Below, piece after piece: positions 1 to 9,144 of a stretch of 64,000 bases of DNA. Made by a program: the position numbers and the translations under genes. The notes beneath the pieces are model-generated. The model searched no databases and was not told where the DNA came from. It was given only the letters and a program-made list of their open reading frames with translations. Every line of letters begins with the position of its first letter. Positions within the stretch are counted from its first letter, which is position 1. The stretch is from Calditrichales bacterium (GTDB taxonomy: Bacteria; Calditrichota; Calditrichia; Calditrichales; J004). The DNA is taken from positions 3,840,001 through 3,904,000 of the forward strand of contig OZ254086.1 in assembly GCA_965267575.1 (NCBI GenBank), given 5' to 3'.

Positions 1-225
1 TTGCAACTGGCCTGCATCTATCTCGCCCTGGCCAAGATGTTCAAAGATAACGTCATCCATAAGGGCGATTACTACAACACCCGACAGCTGGAATACGAAA
101 TGCTGTACGGGGATGAATTGGACAGCGCGATCGGGCGCCTGCGCTTTGATCAGGACAAAGACGGCTCCATCGACGACCCGGAGATGGCGCAGGGTACCGG
201 CCGTTACCGCTTCGACCGCGTCTAA
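1..225 (+). CDS. Phage head-tail adaptor protein, C-terminal part (5' truncated by window edge)
   Basis: ORF open from the window start, ending in DQDKDGSIDD...RFDRV; lies upstream of neck and tail-completion genes. Confidence 0.5.
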   Translation: MQLACIYLALAKMFKDNVIHKGDYYNTRQLEYEMLYGDELDSAIGRLRFDQDKDGSIDDPEMAQGTGRYRFDRV

Positions 226-251
226 AACCTTAAACATAAGGACCGAATCAA

Positions 252-797
252 ATGAAACGCACACTCTCTTTTGTTCTTTTGTGCCTGCTCTCCGTGGGCA
301 TGTTGTTTGCCGCGGATCGCAAAAACGCCGCCGCCGACAGCGACTCCTGGCGCGAAGGCCCGACCTTTGTAGTCTACGAAGACACGCTGATGTTTGCCGA
401 CGGCGAAAAGACCGACAACGTCTACAGCCAGGCCTTGTGGATCGCCGACGCCAACCTGGAATATGGCCAGATCAGCGCCTGGTGCTCCGACGGCACCGGC
501 ACCGAAGATGTTGACATTTACGTGGAATATTCAGCCGACCCTTCTGCTGCGGACAGCTCTTTTAGCGGAAGCGCGACGGCCTATCTGGACCAGGTACAAA
601 CAACCGCGAAATGGGACACTTTAGGTATTGATCCGGCAACTCTTAAACAAGACCGCATGCGCGGCGCCCTGTGGGTACGCATTAAAGCCGATGGACAAAC
701 AGGAAATCCCGCAAATACCATACTGCACTACTCGCTCTTTTTCCACAAAAAGACGAACGCGCCATTGAGTACCATGCGGGCAAAATCGGCGGATTAA
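252..797 (+). CDS. Phage protein with Sec signal peptide; probable beta-sandwich decoration-type protein
   Basis: MKRTLSFVLLCLLSVGMLFA-ADR signal-peptide pattern, beta-rich mature part, AAGGA RBS-like sequence upstream. Confidence 0.6.
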   Translation: MKRTLSFVLLCLLSVGMLFAADRKNAAADSDSWREGPTFVVYEDTLMFADGEKTDNVYSQALWIADANLEYGQISAWCSDGTGTEDVDIYVEYSADPSAADSSFSGSATAYLDQVQTTAKWDTLGIDPATLKQDRMRGALWVRIKADGQTGNPANTILHYSLFFHKKTNAPLSTMRAKSAD

Positions 798-801
798 AGC
801 A

Positions 802-1350
802 ATGGCCAAGTGGGTGGATATTGTAGGCGTAGACGTTGTTCTGAAAAAGTTTGACCAACTGCGCGTCAAAGTGCAGGAAGGCCAGATTCCTTTTTTGCTG
901 GCCGGCGATTTGAAAAACATGATCCAGAAGCGCAGCAAGGAAGGGCAGGGGCTGGATGGCGCTTTTGATTCGTACAGCACCACGCCCTACTACCGCGATG
1001 CCAAAGAGCGCCCCGTGGGTAAAGGCGGCCGCCGCACCAGTAAAAGCGGCCGTCCCATGCAAACCATCTTTTACGAAGGTGGCTACAAGCAGTTTGCGGA
1101 GCTAACCAAAGGCACCGGCAGTCAAGTAACCCTGCACGCTTCGGGTGCCATGTTCCGCAACTTCCAGCCCACGCTGGTAAGCAAAGACGTGGCTAAGATC
1201 ATGTTCAACAGCAGCCGCGAGATGTTCAAGGCGATCTATGTTAACCGCCAGCGGCCGTTTATCGGGGCCAGACAAGCCGAACGTGTACGCCTGCAAAACC
1301 GCTTCGCCGACTTGCTAAACAACCTGACCAACCGGCTGGGACTTACATGA
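802..1350 (+). CDS. Phage neck / virion morphogenesis (tail completion) protein
   Basis: Basic 182-aa protein with G.G.DG.F..YS, VTL..SG.M and C-terminal RPFIG motifs typical of Mu gpG / Ne1-like proteins; matching gene position. Confidence 0.7.
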   Translation: MAKWVDIVGVDVVLKKFDQLRVKVQEGQIPFLLAGDLKNMIQKRSKEGQGLDGAFDSYSTTPYYRDAKERPVGKGGRRTSKSGRPMQTIFYEGGYKQFAELTKGTGSQVTLHASGAMFRNFQPTLVSKDVAKIMFNSSREMFKAIYVNRQRPFIGARQAERVRLQNRFADLLNNLTNRLGLT

Positions 1351-1793
1351 GCAGCTATTTTTTGCACAGCGAACTGAGTGCCATCAAAAGCACAATAGAC
1401 AGTACCATCGCCCCAAAAAAAACGGTGATCGGTACCAACTTTAAAGTCGCCAGGCAAAACCTGCCCATGTACATCATCACGCTGGATGTGGGAACGGCTG
1501 AACACCATGTGCGCCTGAACGGGGATTTGCACATCATCGGCATCTATGAAGAAATAGACAAAGATGACGGCAGCTCCACGCTGATGAAAACCGTGCTGGA
1601 CGCCATGGAAGAACTCATCATTCAGATGCGCGAAGCCTATCCGAACCTGGGGCACAACAGGTTCCAGTATTACATAAATGATAATGTTTTCAGTGTCTTT
1701 GGTGAGATTAACAACTTCCCGTTGCTCTCGCCCTTCGGCGGATTCCGGATTACATATCCCAACTTCCGCATGGACCTGCAAAGTAACAGCTAA
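1347..1793 (+). CDS. Putative tail terminator protein
   Basis: 148 aa, ATGA overlap with the neck gene, directly before the tail-tube gene. Confidence 0.5.
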   Translation: MSSYFLHSELSAIKSTIDSTIAPKKTVIGTNFKVARQNLPMYIITLDVGTAEHHVRLNGDLHIIGIYEEIDKDDGSSTLMKTVLDAMEELIIQMREAYPNLGHNRFQYYINDNVFSVFGEINNFPLLSPFGGFRITYPNFRMDLQSNS

Positions 1794-1810
1794 GTCTGGA
1801 GAATAAAAAA

Positions 1811-2233
1811 ATGTCAAAAGATGCAACCAAAATCTTCGGTGGCCCTGTAAAGACCATCGAAATTGATACGGATTCCGGCTTTGGCTCGGCCAATAACCTC
1901 GGTTATGCGTCGGCCGAATGCGAAATCACCTGGGAACCGGCGCCTGTGGAAACCAGCGTCGGCCAGATGTTTCAACCCAAGGGTATAGGCAAGATCAAAC
2001 TTGTGCTGCAACAAACCGACCAAACTAAGCTTGGTTACCTTAAAACAGCCCGCACCACCGAGCACTATGTTAGGGTAACGGATTACAATGATGTGGCCAG
2101 AGCAACTCAAGTGCCAATGTTTCTGAATTATAAACCAATTAATCCTTATAATGCTCAGGACGTACACACGTTTGAGGTCACCGCACAGATTGCCACGGAA
2201 GAGCCTGACGACTTTGTTGATTTCCAGGCTTAA
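1811..2233 (+). CDS. Putative major tail tube protein
   Basis: 140-aa beta-rich protein (IFGGP...NLGY) with GGAG RBS, between the terminator and chaperone/TMP genes. Confidence 0.6.
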   Translation: MSKDATKIFGGPVKTIEIDTDSGFGSANNLGYASAECEITWEPAPVETSVGQMFQPKGIGKIKLVLQQTDQTKLGYLKTARTTEHYVRVTDYNDVARATQVPMFLNYKPINPYNAQDVHTFEVTAQIATEEPDDFVDFQA

Positions 2234-2272
2234 TGAATAACCCTTTAACCGGGGTTAGAACGGGAGAATACA

Positions 2273-3157
2273 ATGGGCAAAGATGCCACATTAATCTACG
2301 GCGGCGGTGGAGATGTTACTCTTTACGATGCCACCAACGGTTATTACAGTTTGGGTTATCTTTCAGAATTGAGTTACGTCGGAGATCCGGCATTAACGCC
2401 AACGGTGCGTGGACAAAATTTTCAGTTCTTGACGATCTATAAACTGACAGTAAGAAACCTGCAAACCAACCAGGCATTACTTACTGAGCTCAAAAACCGC
2501 CGCACTTTGGACCAAACCATATACATTGCCGGCGCGGGCAAATTGTACACGCTTAGCAACATGGCGATTAGTTACGGATACCAGGCGCCGCATAACACCT
2601 CCGACCCGCACGCTTTTGTGCTTACCGCCCAAACCGGAGTAGAACACAGCATGGCCGAAAACCTGTTTGGCGCCGTTGGTAAATTTGAAAATGATACAAA
2701 CAGCGACGGCTTGGCAGACGGTTGGGCTGAAGGCGGTACTTTAGATGGTAAATCTATCCTGTCTTCGCACCTGGCCGGTGGCGGTAATGCTCAGCAAATT
2801 GATGTTACTGCCGGAAACACGGCATCCATCAATGAAACCATACTGGCGCCTTTTATCAGCCCGATGAAAGTGACCTTTTCATTTTACGCGAAAGCACGTA
2901 CAGCCAGCCAGTTCAACACGCGGCTCGTTATATATGATACAGGCGGGTCAACGATACAGACAAAAAACAAATCGTTCAGTATGACACTCAACGAAGAAAC
3001 GCGCCAGGAGCATAGTGTTTGGTTGGACCCGGGCGGTACGCTGGTGAAAAATATCCAGGCTTATATTATGGGTGACGGTTCCAATGCCGCCGATTTGCTG
3101 ATTGACAACGCGCAACTGGAATTTGCCAGCGCCGCGCGCACCTTCCGGGATGAGTGA
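2273..3157 (+). CDS. Tail-tube-like protein with C-terminal carbohydrate-binding-like domain (paralog 2)
   Basis: N-terminus MGKDATLIYGG...LGY aligns by eye with 1811. C-terminal GKFE.D...DGW...VTFSFYAK...IDNAQLE resembles a CBM4/9-type galactose-binding fold. Confidence 0.6.
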   Translation: MGKDATLIYGGGGDVTLYDATNGYYSLGYLSELSYVGDPALTPTVRGQNFQFLTIYKLTVRNLQTNQALLTELKNRRTLDQTIYIAGAGKLYTLSNMAISYGYQAPHNTSDPHAFVLTAQTGVEHSMAENLFGAVGKFENDTNSDGLADGWAEGGTLDGKSILSSHLAGGGNAQQIDVTAGNTASINETILAPFISPMKVTFSFYAKARTASQFNTRLVIYDTGGSTIQTKNKSFSMTLNEETRQEHSVWLDPGGTLVKNIQAYIMGDGSNAADLLIDNAQLEFASAARTFRDE

Positions 3158-4029
3158 TGAGCCGTGATGCTGCCAAGATTTTCAGCGGGCCGGGAGAAAT
3201 AACCCTCTACGACGCCAGCAACGGCTACAACTGGCTGGGCTATGTGGACGATATCGATGTGCGCGGCAAAGCATTGTATCACGATATCATCGATGGCAAC
3301 AGGCGTTACTACGGCCAACAGTACGATCTGCGCGTAGAGCTGCACCAGAGCGATCAAGCCCTGCTCGATGATCTGGTCACCCGCGCCGCCACCCGCCAGA
3401 CAATCTATATTGTTGGGCTTAACAATATGGTTACGCTCAGCAATATGTTTATTGCCCCAAACCACGACGCGCCTTTTGATGACCGCCAGGTGCATTTGAT
3501 AGAGCTGCGCGCCCGCACAAAAGTGGCCGCCGATATGAGCAAAAGCCAGAGCCTTCTCGGCACATCCGGCAAGATGGAAACCTTTACCGGCGGCGTGGCC
3601 GATAGCTGGTCTACCGATAGTGCAACCGCCAGCAGCGGCACCTCGCACCTCTCCGGCGGCGGAAACGAGCAGCGCATTACCCTGGATACAGAATATTTCC
3701 GGCAGGATGTTACGGCGCCCTTTGAAATACCGCGCCGCATAACTGCCAGCGCCTACGTGATAGACCGCTCCGGAAGCGGCGTTTCCGTGGCTTATATCGG
3801 CTTTGTTCTGCTGGACAGCGCCGGCAGCGTCATAAGCACCCACGAAGATACTTTTTCTCTGGGTTCCAGCGCTTCCGGACGCCAAAGCTACACGGCCATC
3901 ATCTCGCCATCGGAACCGGTAGCACAGATACGCGCGCAGATACGCGAGCCGGGCACGGCCCCGGCCAACATCGGCATAGACAATTTTCAGCTGCAATTTG
4001 GCAGGCTGACCGCCTTTGCGGACAACTAA
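3154..4029 (+). CDS. Tail-tube-like protein with C-terminal carbohydrate-binding-like domain (paralog 3)
   Basis: Colinear with 2273 along its length (TLYDA.NGY..LGY, QTIYI.G, TLSNM, SHL.GGGN.Q.I, APF..P, IDN.QL.F). Confidence 0.6.
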   Translation: MMSRDAAKIFSGPGEITLYDASNGYNWLGYVDDIDVRGKALYHDIIDGNRRYYGQQYDLRVELHQSDQALLDDLVTRAATRQTIYIVGLNNMVTLSNMFIAPNHDAPFDDRQVHLIELRARTKVAADMSKSQSLLGTSGKMETFTGGVADSWSTDSATASSGTSHLSGGGNEQRITLDTEYFRQDVTAPFEIPRRITASAYVIDRSGSGVSVAYIGFVLLDSAGSVISTHEDTFSLGSSASGRQSYTAIISPSEPVAQIRAQIREPGTAPANIGIDNFQLQFGRLTAFADN

Positions 4030-4036
4030 TAACACC

Positions 4037-4098
4037 GTCACCCTGAACTCGTTTCAGGGTCTGCTATCGTTAAGATGCTGAAACAAGTTCAGCATGAC
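4037..4098. repeat. REP-like inverted doublet (two 26-bp palindromic units in inverted orientation)
   Basis: GTCACCCTGAACTCGTTTCAGGGTCT (4037-4062) and the reverse complement of 4073-4098, GTCATGCTGAACTTGTTTCAGCATCT. Confidence 0.8.
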
Positions 4099-4121
4099 GA
4101 GAAAATATCAACGGAGGTCTT

Positions 4122-4484
4122 ATGAGCGATAAAATTAAAATAGGCGACTATACCTTCACGGTGAAGCGCCTTACCGTCGGGCAATCGGCGCAGGTGGCGC
4201 AGCTGCTGGATGGCGCGGCAGACCAGCAAAAAGGATTGCTGGGCATCATCGGCAACGCCATGGCCAAGTTCGACGCCTTCGCCAAAATCATCTTTGCCGG
4301 GCAGGAAGGGGTGGACGCGATCGATTTTAACAATCAGCCCGTTGAAAAGTTTGAAGAGGTGCTCACCGCCTTTAAAAAAAAGAATCCGAAGATTTTGGAG
4401 TATGCGAGCAGCTGGCTGAAAAATTTGGGCTTGAGCGTGGCGGAATTACAGACAACGTACAAAAAGGCCACTGGCGCGAGCTAA
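4122..4484 (+). CDS. Tail assembly chaperone (gpG-like)
   Basis: 120 aa with GGAGG RBS, directly before the TMP; contains A-AAA-AAG at 4376-4382. Confidence 0.75.
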   Translation: MSDKIKIGDYTFTVKRLTVGQSAQVAQLLDGAADQQKGLLGIIGNAMAKFDAFAKIIFAGQEGVDAIDFNNQPVEKFEEVLTAFKKKNPKILEYASSWLKNLGLSVAELQTTYKKATGAS

Positions 4485-4612
4485 TGGTTTACCATGCCTG
4501 CGAAGGTGACCCGGCCGGTTATGATCACATTTGGAACAACTGGACCATGCCCGACCTCTACCGCCATGTGGGAATGAAAAACTACCTGTATCGTAAAGCG
4601 CAACAGGAATAA
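4122..4612 (+). CDS. Tail assembly chaperone -1 frameshift product (gpGT-like)
   Basis: The -1 frame is open from 4382 (ESEDFGVCEQLAEKFG...WTMPDLYRHVGMKNYLYRKAQQE) to TAA at 4610-4612, 3 nt before the TMP start. Confidence 0.7.
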
Positions 4613-4615
4613 TAA

Positions 4616-6784
4616 ATGGCTTCCGTAAACGACATCATTCTGCGCCTGCGCGTGGATGATAAAGGTGTAGATGTTACCCTGGATGAATTTAGCGATAAGC
4701 TGAAGGAGGTGGACCGCCAGGGCACCAAAAGCGGTAAATCGATCGGTGATGTTTTTGGCAGCATCAAGGCCGGTTATTTTGCCGCCGCCGCCGCGTTAAC
4801 CGGCGTGCTGGGCGGCCTTAACCAGGCTATTAACAAAGCCAGCGATTTCCAGGAAGCCAGCAGCAAGTATCTTACCGTTTTCAGTACCGTGCAGGATGAA
4901 GCCAAAGCCGCGCGCGACGCCCTGGCCGAATATGGAAATATGTCGCTTCTGGCGGCCACGCAGGCGCTATCCGCAACGGGCGATATCCTTACCGGCCTGG
5001 GCATGCAGCAGGATGCCGCGCTGGAACTTTCCACCCAAACCAACACCCTGGCCGCCGACCTGGCCAGCTTTACCAACGCACAGGGCGGCGCCGAAGCCGT
5101 GGCCCATGCGCTGACCTCCGCCTATGTGGGCGAACGCGAAGCCCTTAAAACCTACGGCGTGGTGATCACCGAAGCAGACGTGCAGCAAAAGTTGTTCGAA
5201 AAAGGCATGGACAAGCTGACCGGCACCGCGCTGAAACAGGCCAAGGCACAGGTAACGCTGGAGCTGGCCATGCAGCAATCCAAAAACGCCATCGGTGACC
5301 TGGAGCGCACATCGGACAGCTACGCCAACACGCAGCGCCGCATGGGTGCCGCCATCGAAGATGCCAGTGTTAAGTTTGGCGCTATCTTTTTGCCTATCGC
5401 CACCAAGGTTCTGGAATGGGGCGCCAAATTGATTAATATGATCGATATTGAACAGGTGTCTGCCGCATTGTTTGCAACCTTCCAGGTGTTTAAGGATTTT
5501 GGCAGCCGCATCATCGACCTGTTCCAGGGCATCGGCAAAATTATCGCCGGCGTGGTAACGCTGGACACAAGCCTGATTTCGGAAGGCTGGGAGCAGGCCG
5601 CCGATGGTATCAGCCGCAGCTGGAGCAAAACATTTATGGACATCGGGCAGGCCGCCCAGGAAGGTGAGCGCGCGGTAACCGAATTTATGGAAGGCAGCGC
5701 CGCCGTGGCCGGGCAGACCGCCGCCCAGATGCAGCAGGCAGAGGATGGTAAAACCAAGCAGCAACTGGCCGAAATTGAAAAGCGCCGCGAAGCCCAGCAG
5801 AAATACCAGGATTACCAGTTTGAGACCGGGCGAATCTCTTTGGAAGAATACAAAGCCCACCTGGATGAGCGCATAGAGCATGCCCGTGAAGAGTATGGCG
5901 AAGAGTCGCTAGCCTATCTGGAAGCTTTGGACTTTAAGCGCGACGCCGAGGCTGAGTATCTGGAGGAGATTAAAGAGCGCGAAGAGCAGGAGCGTGAAAA
6001 AAAGCTGGAAGAGCGCGAGATGTTTTATGAATATGAAGTGGCCCGCACCGAATTTCTTTTAAGCCAAAATCGCGGGCGCACAACGGATGTTATTAATGCG
6101 CTTAACAACCAGCTGGCTTTTGCCCGCAAAACTTACGGACAGGAAAGTCTGATCGTACAAAAGCTGGAAGCAAAAAAACGGGCCTTACGCCAACAAAGTT
6201 TTGACCATTTTCTCGGAGGTATGGCCCAGTTGATGAACGCCTACAAAGGCCAAAGCCGCGCGCTATTTAATATTGGTAAAGCGGCAGCGATAGCCCAGGC
6301 GGTTGTAAACACCGCCGAAGGTGTAACAAAAGCCATTTCCAAATACCCGCCACCATTCAGCGGATTAATGGCTGCGGTACAGTTGGCCCTTGGTGCCGCG
6401 CAAATCCAAACCATTAAGTCCACCAGCTTTAGGCGGGGCGGCTTTACCGGACGTGGCGCAGACGATGAAGAGGCCGGTACCGTACACCGTAATGAGTTTG
6501 TGGCCAACGCCAACCAGGTGCGGCGCTTTCCCGGGTTGTTTAATGTTTTAGACGCCGACCGCCGCGGTGTGAAAATCCCGGGCGTAAATACAGCCACTGA
6601 AACGGGCCCGCAAATTGTACAACGTATTGTCAATCAGGAAAACACCAGCTCGCGCATGATGGATGAGTTGCGACAATTGCGGGATACGATAAGCGGGCTA
6701 AGCCTGAAGGCGGACATTGATGACCAGCGCATGGCATTGCTTGTGGAAAACGGAAATAAGAAGCTGGCTTTAAGGGAGATATAA
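4616..6784 (+). CDS. Tail tape measure protein
   Basis: 722-aa Ala-rich helical/coiled-coil protein with LAADLASF, GEREALKTYG and the C-terminal FRRGGFTG...AGTVHRNEFV motif typical of TMPs. Confidence 0.92.
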   Translation: MASVNDIILRLRVDDKGVDVTLDEFSDKLKEVDRQGTKSGKSIGDVFGSIKAGYFAAAAALTGVLGGLNQAINKASDFQEASSKYLTVFSTVQDEAKAARDALAEYGNMSLLAATQALSATGDILTGLGMQQDAALELSTQTNTLAADLASFTNAQGGAEAVAHALTSAYVGEREALKTYGVVITEADVQQKLFEKGMDKLTGTALKQAKAQVTLELAMQQSKNAIGDLERTSDSYANTQRRMGAAIEDASVKFGAIFLPIATKVLEWGAKLINMIDIEQVSAALFATFQVFKDFGSRIIDLFQGIGKIIAGVVTLDTSLISEGWEQAADGISRSWSKTFMDIGQAAQEGERAVTEFMEGSAAVAGQTAAQMQQAEDGKTKQQLAEIEKRREAQQKYQDYQFETGRISLEEYKAHLDERIEHAREEYGEESLAYLEALDFKRDAEAEYLEEIKEREEQEREKKLEEREMFYEYEVARTEFLLSQNRGRTTDVINALNNQLAFARKTYGQESLIVQKLEAKKRALRQQSFDHFLGGMAQLMNAYKGQSRALFNIGKAAAIAQAVVNTAEGVTKAISKYPPPFSGLMAAVQLALGAAQIQTIKSTSFRRGGFTGRGADDEEAGTVHRNEFVANANQVRRFPGLFNVLDADRRGVKIPGVNTATETGPQIVQRIVNQENTSSRMMDELRQLRDTISGLSLKADIDDQRMALLVENGNKKLALREI

Positions 6785-6785
6785 A

Positions 6786-8237
6786 GTGGCCGATAAAACC
6801 TTTTGGTTTCCCAGCCAAAGCGGTAGCTACAACCTGCCCACCGGTAAAACCCTGCAGATAAAAATTTACTACAGCAACGCCAGCACGGTAAACGTGGACA
6901 CCGACACCCTATTGGAAGACCTGGACAGGCTGGAATTTCCTTTTGAGATTGCCGCAGATAAAAACTTCCGGCTTGCCCGCTGGAAATTTAGCTTTTTAAA
7001 TATTGATGACGTATTTGAAAATGAAGATATCATTCTTAACTCCAAGCGCAATGAAACGTTCATGGATGTGCTGGTGGATGGCTTACTTTTTTGGCGCGGG
7101 CTGGTGCTGCACAACCTCTATCACAAAACTGACTGGTATGATTCGGGCGGTGGCACGCTTAAATACCGCGTGGCGAAAATTGAAGCCGTGGATCCTATTA
7201 AATACTTCTGGCTTAACGATGCCGACCTGAGTGATTACAGCTACAGCGAAGGCATGAATCTTTCCACCCTTTTAGATAATATTTTTGCCGACATCGGCTT
7301 TAGCGCTGCCAATGTAATATTAGATCCCAATATTGGCTTTGATGAGAACGCCGGCACCAGTTATGATATTGAAGATTTCCTGTTGTACGATATGGACAGC
7401 AGCATGCAGGTAAGCACCTTTTTGAGCCATGTTATAAATGATCTGGGTGCGTTCATCTTTAACCTGGACGGTAAGCTTTATGTCACCAGCAGGATAGGCG
7501 GAAGCACCGTTAATATAAACAGTGACGATATACAGGAATTGGATAAAGCGCAAAACGTTGATTATGTGGATTACATAGAGGTAAAGGCTACAAAGGACTG
7601 GAGCTACCTGAGCGACATCGGTTCGCATGAGCACAGCCATACGGCCGGAAGCAGCGCAAATAACAGCAAAAACTACTCAGTGGACGGCACAGGCTTTCTG
7701 GATAATATCTGGATTGAGCCGGGCGGTAGTAATTACTTTGGCAGCTGCGGCACCACAACGCCCACAGATGGCGACACCGACCAGCTTGAAGACACATCGG
7801 AAAACTTTTACAGCGAGAACATTGAGACAGGGATGATTGTCGAATACAACTGCGCGGGCGGTTCACCGGCAAGCTTTAGCCCAATTACCGATGTTTTGTA
7901 TGACGCTATTCTGGTTCTTAATATTGTCTATTTTATTACCAATACAACGGTGGATACGGGTAAAGATTACCGCATATTCAGGGAATATACCCTTGCGGCC
8001 GCAACGGCGCTTAGCGGAGTTTTTAAAATAGAGATATTATGCGCCACGGCCAAAGATGTTTATAATGAATTCTTCCGTACGAGCCCCGAGCTTTTGCGGG
8101 TAAAGCTGCGCGACATCGATACTTATAAAGACATTCGGAAAAAGTTTGTATTTGACAGCACCAACCACCGCGTACGCAAATGCTCTTTTGACCTGCTAAC
8201 CGATTCCTTTCTTGCTGAAATGGTGGAGGTGTCATGA
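6786..8237 (+). CDS. Tail tip / baseplate hub protein
   Basis: 483-aa acidic beta-rich protein immediately after the TMP; GTG start with GGGAG RBS. Confidence 0.55.
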   Translation: MADKTFWFPSQSGSYNLPTGKTLQIKIYYSNASTVNVDTDTLLEDLDRLEFPFEIAADKNFRLARWKFSFLNIDDVFENEDIILNSKRNETFMDVLVDGLLFWRGLVLHNLYHKTDWYDSGGGTLKYRVAKIEAVDPIKYFWLNDADLSDYSYSEGMNLSTLLDNIFADIGFSAANVILDPNIGFDENAGTSYDIEDFLLYDMDSSMQVSTFLSHVINDLGAFIFNLDGKLYVTSRIGGSTVNINSDDIQELDKAQNVDYVDYIEVKATKDWSYLSDIGSHEHSHTAGSSANNSKNYSVDGTGFLDNIWIEPGGSNYFGSCGTTTPTDGDTDQLEDTSENFYSENIETGMIVEYNCAGGSPASFSPITDVLYDAILVLNIVYFITNTTVDTGKDYRIFREYTLAAATALSGVFKIEILCATAKDVYNEFFRTSPELLRVKLRDIDTYKDIRKKFVFDSTNHRVRKCSFDLLTDSFLAEMVEVS

Positions 8238-8252
8238 TAAATAACGGCGCAA

Positions 8253-8288
8253 TTTATAATTGCGGATTATAAAGTTATCATTTATAAT
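8253..8288 (+). promoter_or_regulatory. Sigma70-type promoter with overlapping inverted repeat (operator-like)
   Basis: TTGCGG (8260-8265), 17-bp spacer, TATAAT (8283-8288); inverted repeat TTTATAAT-N5-ATTATAAA at 8253-8273. Confidence 0.55.
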
Positions 8289-8318
8289 CGTAACAGGATG
8301 AACAACGGAGGCATAGCA

Positions 8319-8894
8319 ATGCGCTATTTTATTTTTGTACTACTACCCCTTACGGTCTTAGCCGATGATATTCACTACAAAAACGGCTGCATCGTAACAA
8401 ACCTTACCATAAAGGACAGCACCGGCGCTTTTTATCAGGCAGAGACGACGCAGGGCAAACCCATGGGCATCAAAAAAAGTCTGGTGGATCGTGTTATTTC
8501 TGCGCCCGTTGATGGACCAACGCGCGTAATTAACTGCCCCGAGATACAGAGCAGCCAACACGAAAAGCCGCAACTTAACGCAACCGGCCAGCAGATTAAA
8601 TTTAATATTACCGCACTAGCAACAGCAGTGGGCTTTTCTGTTTTAGCCTACGACAGTTTTAAGGATGCCGGACAATATGAGAAGCAGATTGATTACTACC
8701 GCAGCTATAACGATCTGGTGGGGACGGAATCAGAATACTACTATGACACCTCCGGCCTTGTGGAAGAGCGCGATCGTAAAAAGCTGATGGGCTTTTTGTT
8801 TATTGCGGTGGCGGTTTTTAACGGCATTAATGCCTGGGAAACGGTGCAGGTTTCGGCCAGCTCCAATAGTTTAAACTTGACTTTACACCTGTAA
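8319..8894 (+). CDS. Exported/membrane protein of unknown function (moron-like)
   Basis: GGAGG RBS before ATG 8319, signal peptide MRYFIFVLLPLTVLA-DD, two C-terminal hydrophobic segments. Confidence 0.6.
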   Translation: MRYFIFVLLPLTVLADDIHYKNGCIVTNLTIKDSTGAFYQAETTQGKPMGIKKSLVDRVISAPVDGPTRVINCPEIQSSQHEKPQLNATGQQIKFNITALATAVGFSVLAYDSFKDAGQYEKQIDYYRSYNDLVGTESEYYYDTSGLVEERDRKKLMGFLFIAVAVFNGINAWETVQVSASSNSLNLTLHL

Positions 8895-8914
8895 AAAGGC
8901 AACAGTAAACTGAA

Positions 8915-9019
8915 ATGAATAACGGATGGGAGTGGTGGCATTATCTTGTGGTGATCGCGGCCTGGTTTATCGGTGCATGGCTGATTGATCGCGGCGTGCA
9001 TTCGCATAAGAAAAAGTAA
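8915..9019 (+). CDS. Putative 34-aa single-TM peptide
   Basis: MNNGWEWWHYLVVIAAWFIGAWLIDRGVHSHKKK; shorter than any ORF in the supplied track; weak RBS. Confidence 0.4.
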   Translation: MNNGWEWWHYLVVIAAWFIGAWLIDRGVHSHKKK

Positions 9020-9097
9020 CACCCGGATATTTGTTTTTAGCACAAGAATGGCTTAATATTAGATAACACATATAACTGTTAGTCAACCGTTTTAATG

Positions 9098-9144
9098 AAG
9101 CGGAGATTCAGGACGTACGGCGTCCGGGTCTCCGCTTTTTTTTT
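9098..9144 (+). terminator. Rho-independent terminator-like hairpin
   Basis: AAGCGGAGATTCAGGACG...CGTCCGGGTCTCCGCTT followed by a T-run. Confidence 0.7.

Noticed and set aside
1811..8237. Contractile injection system or tailocin (several tube paralogs)
   Set aside because: No sheath or baseplate wedge genes; neck genes, a frameshifted chaperone and an immunity switch indicate a siphovirus-type prophage.
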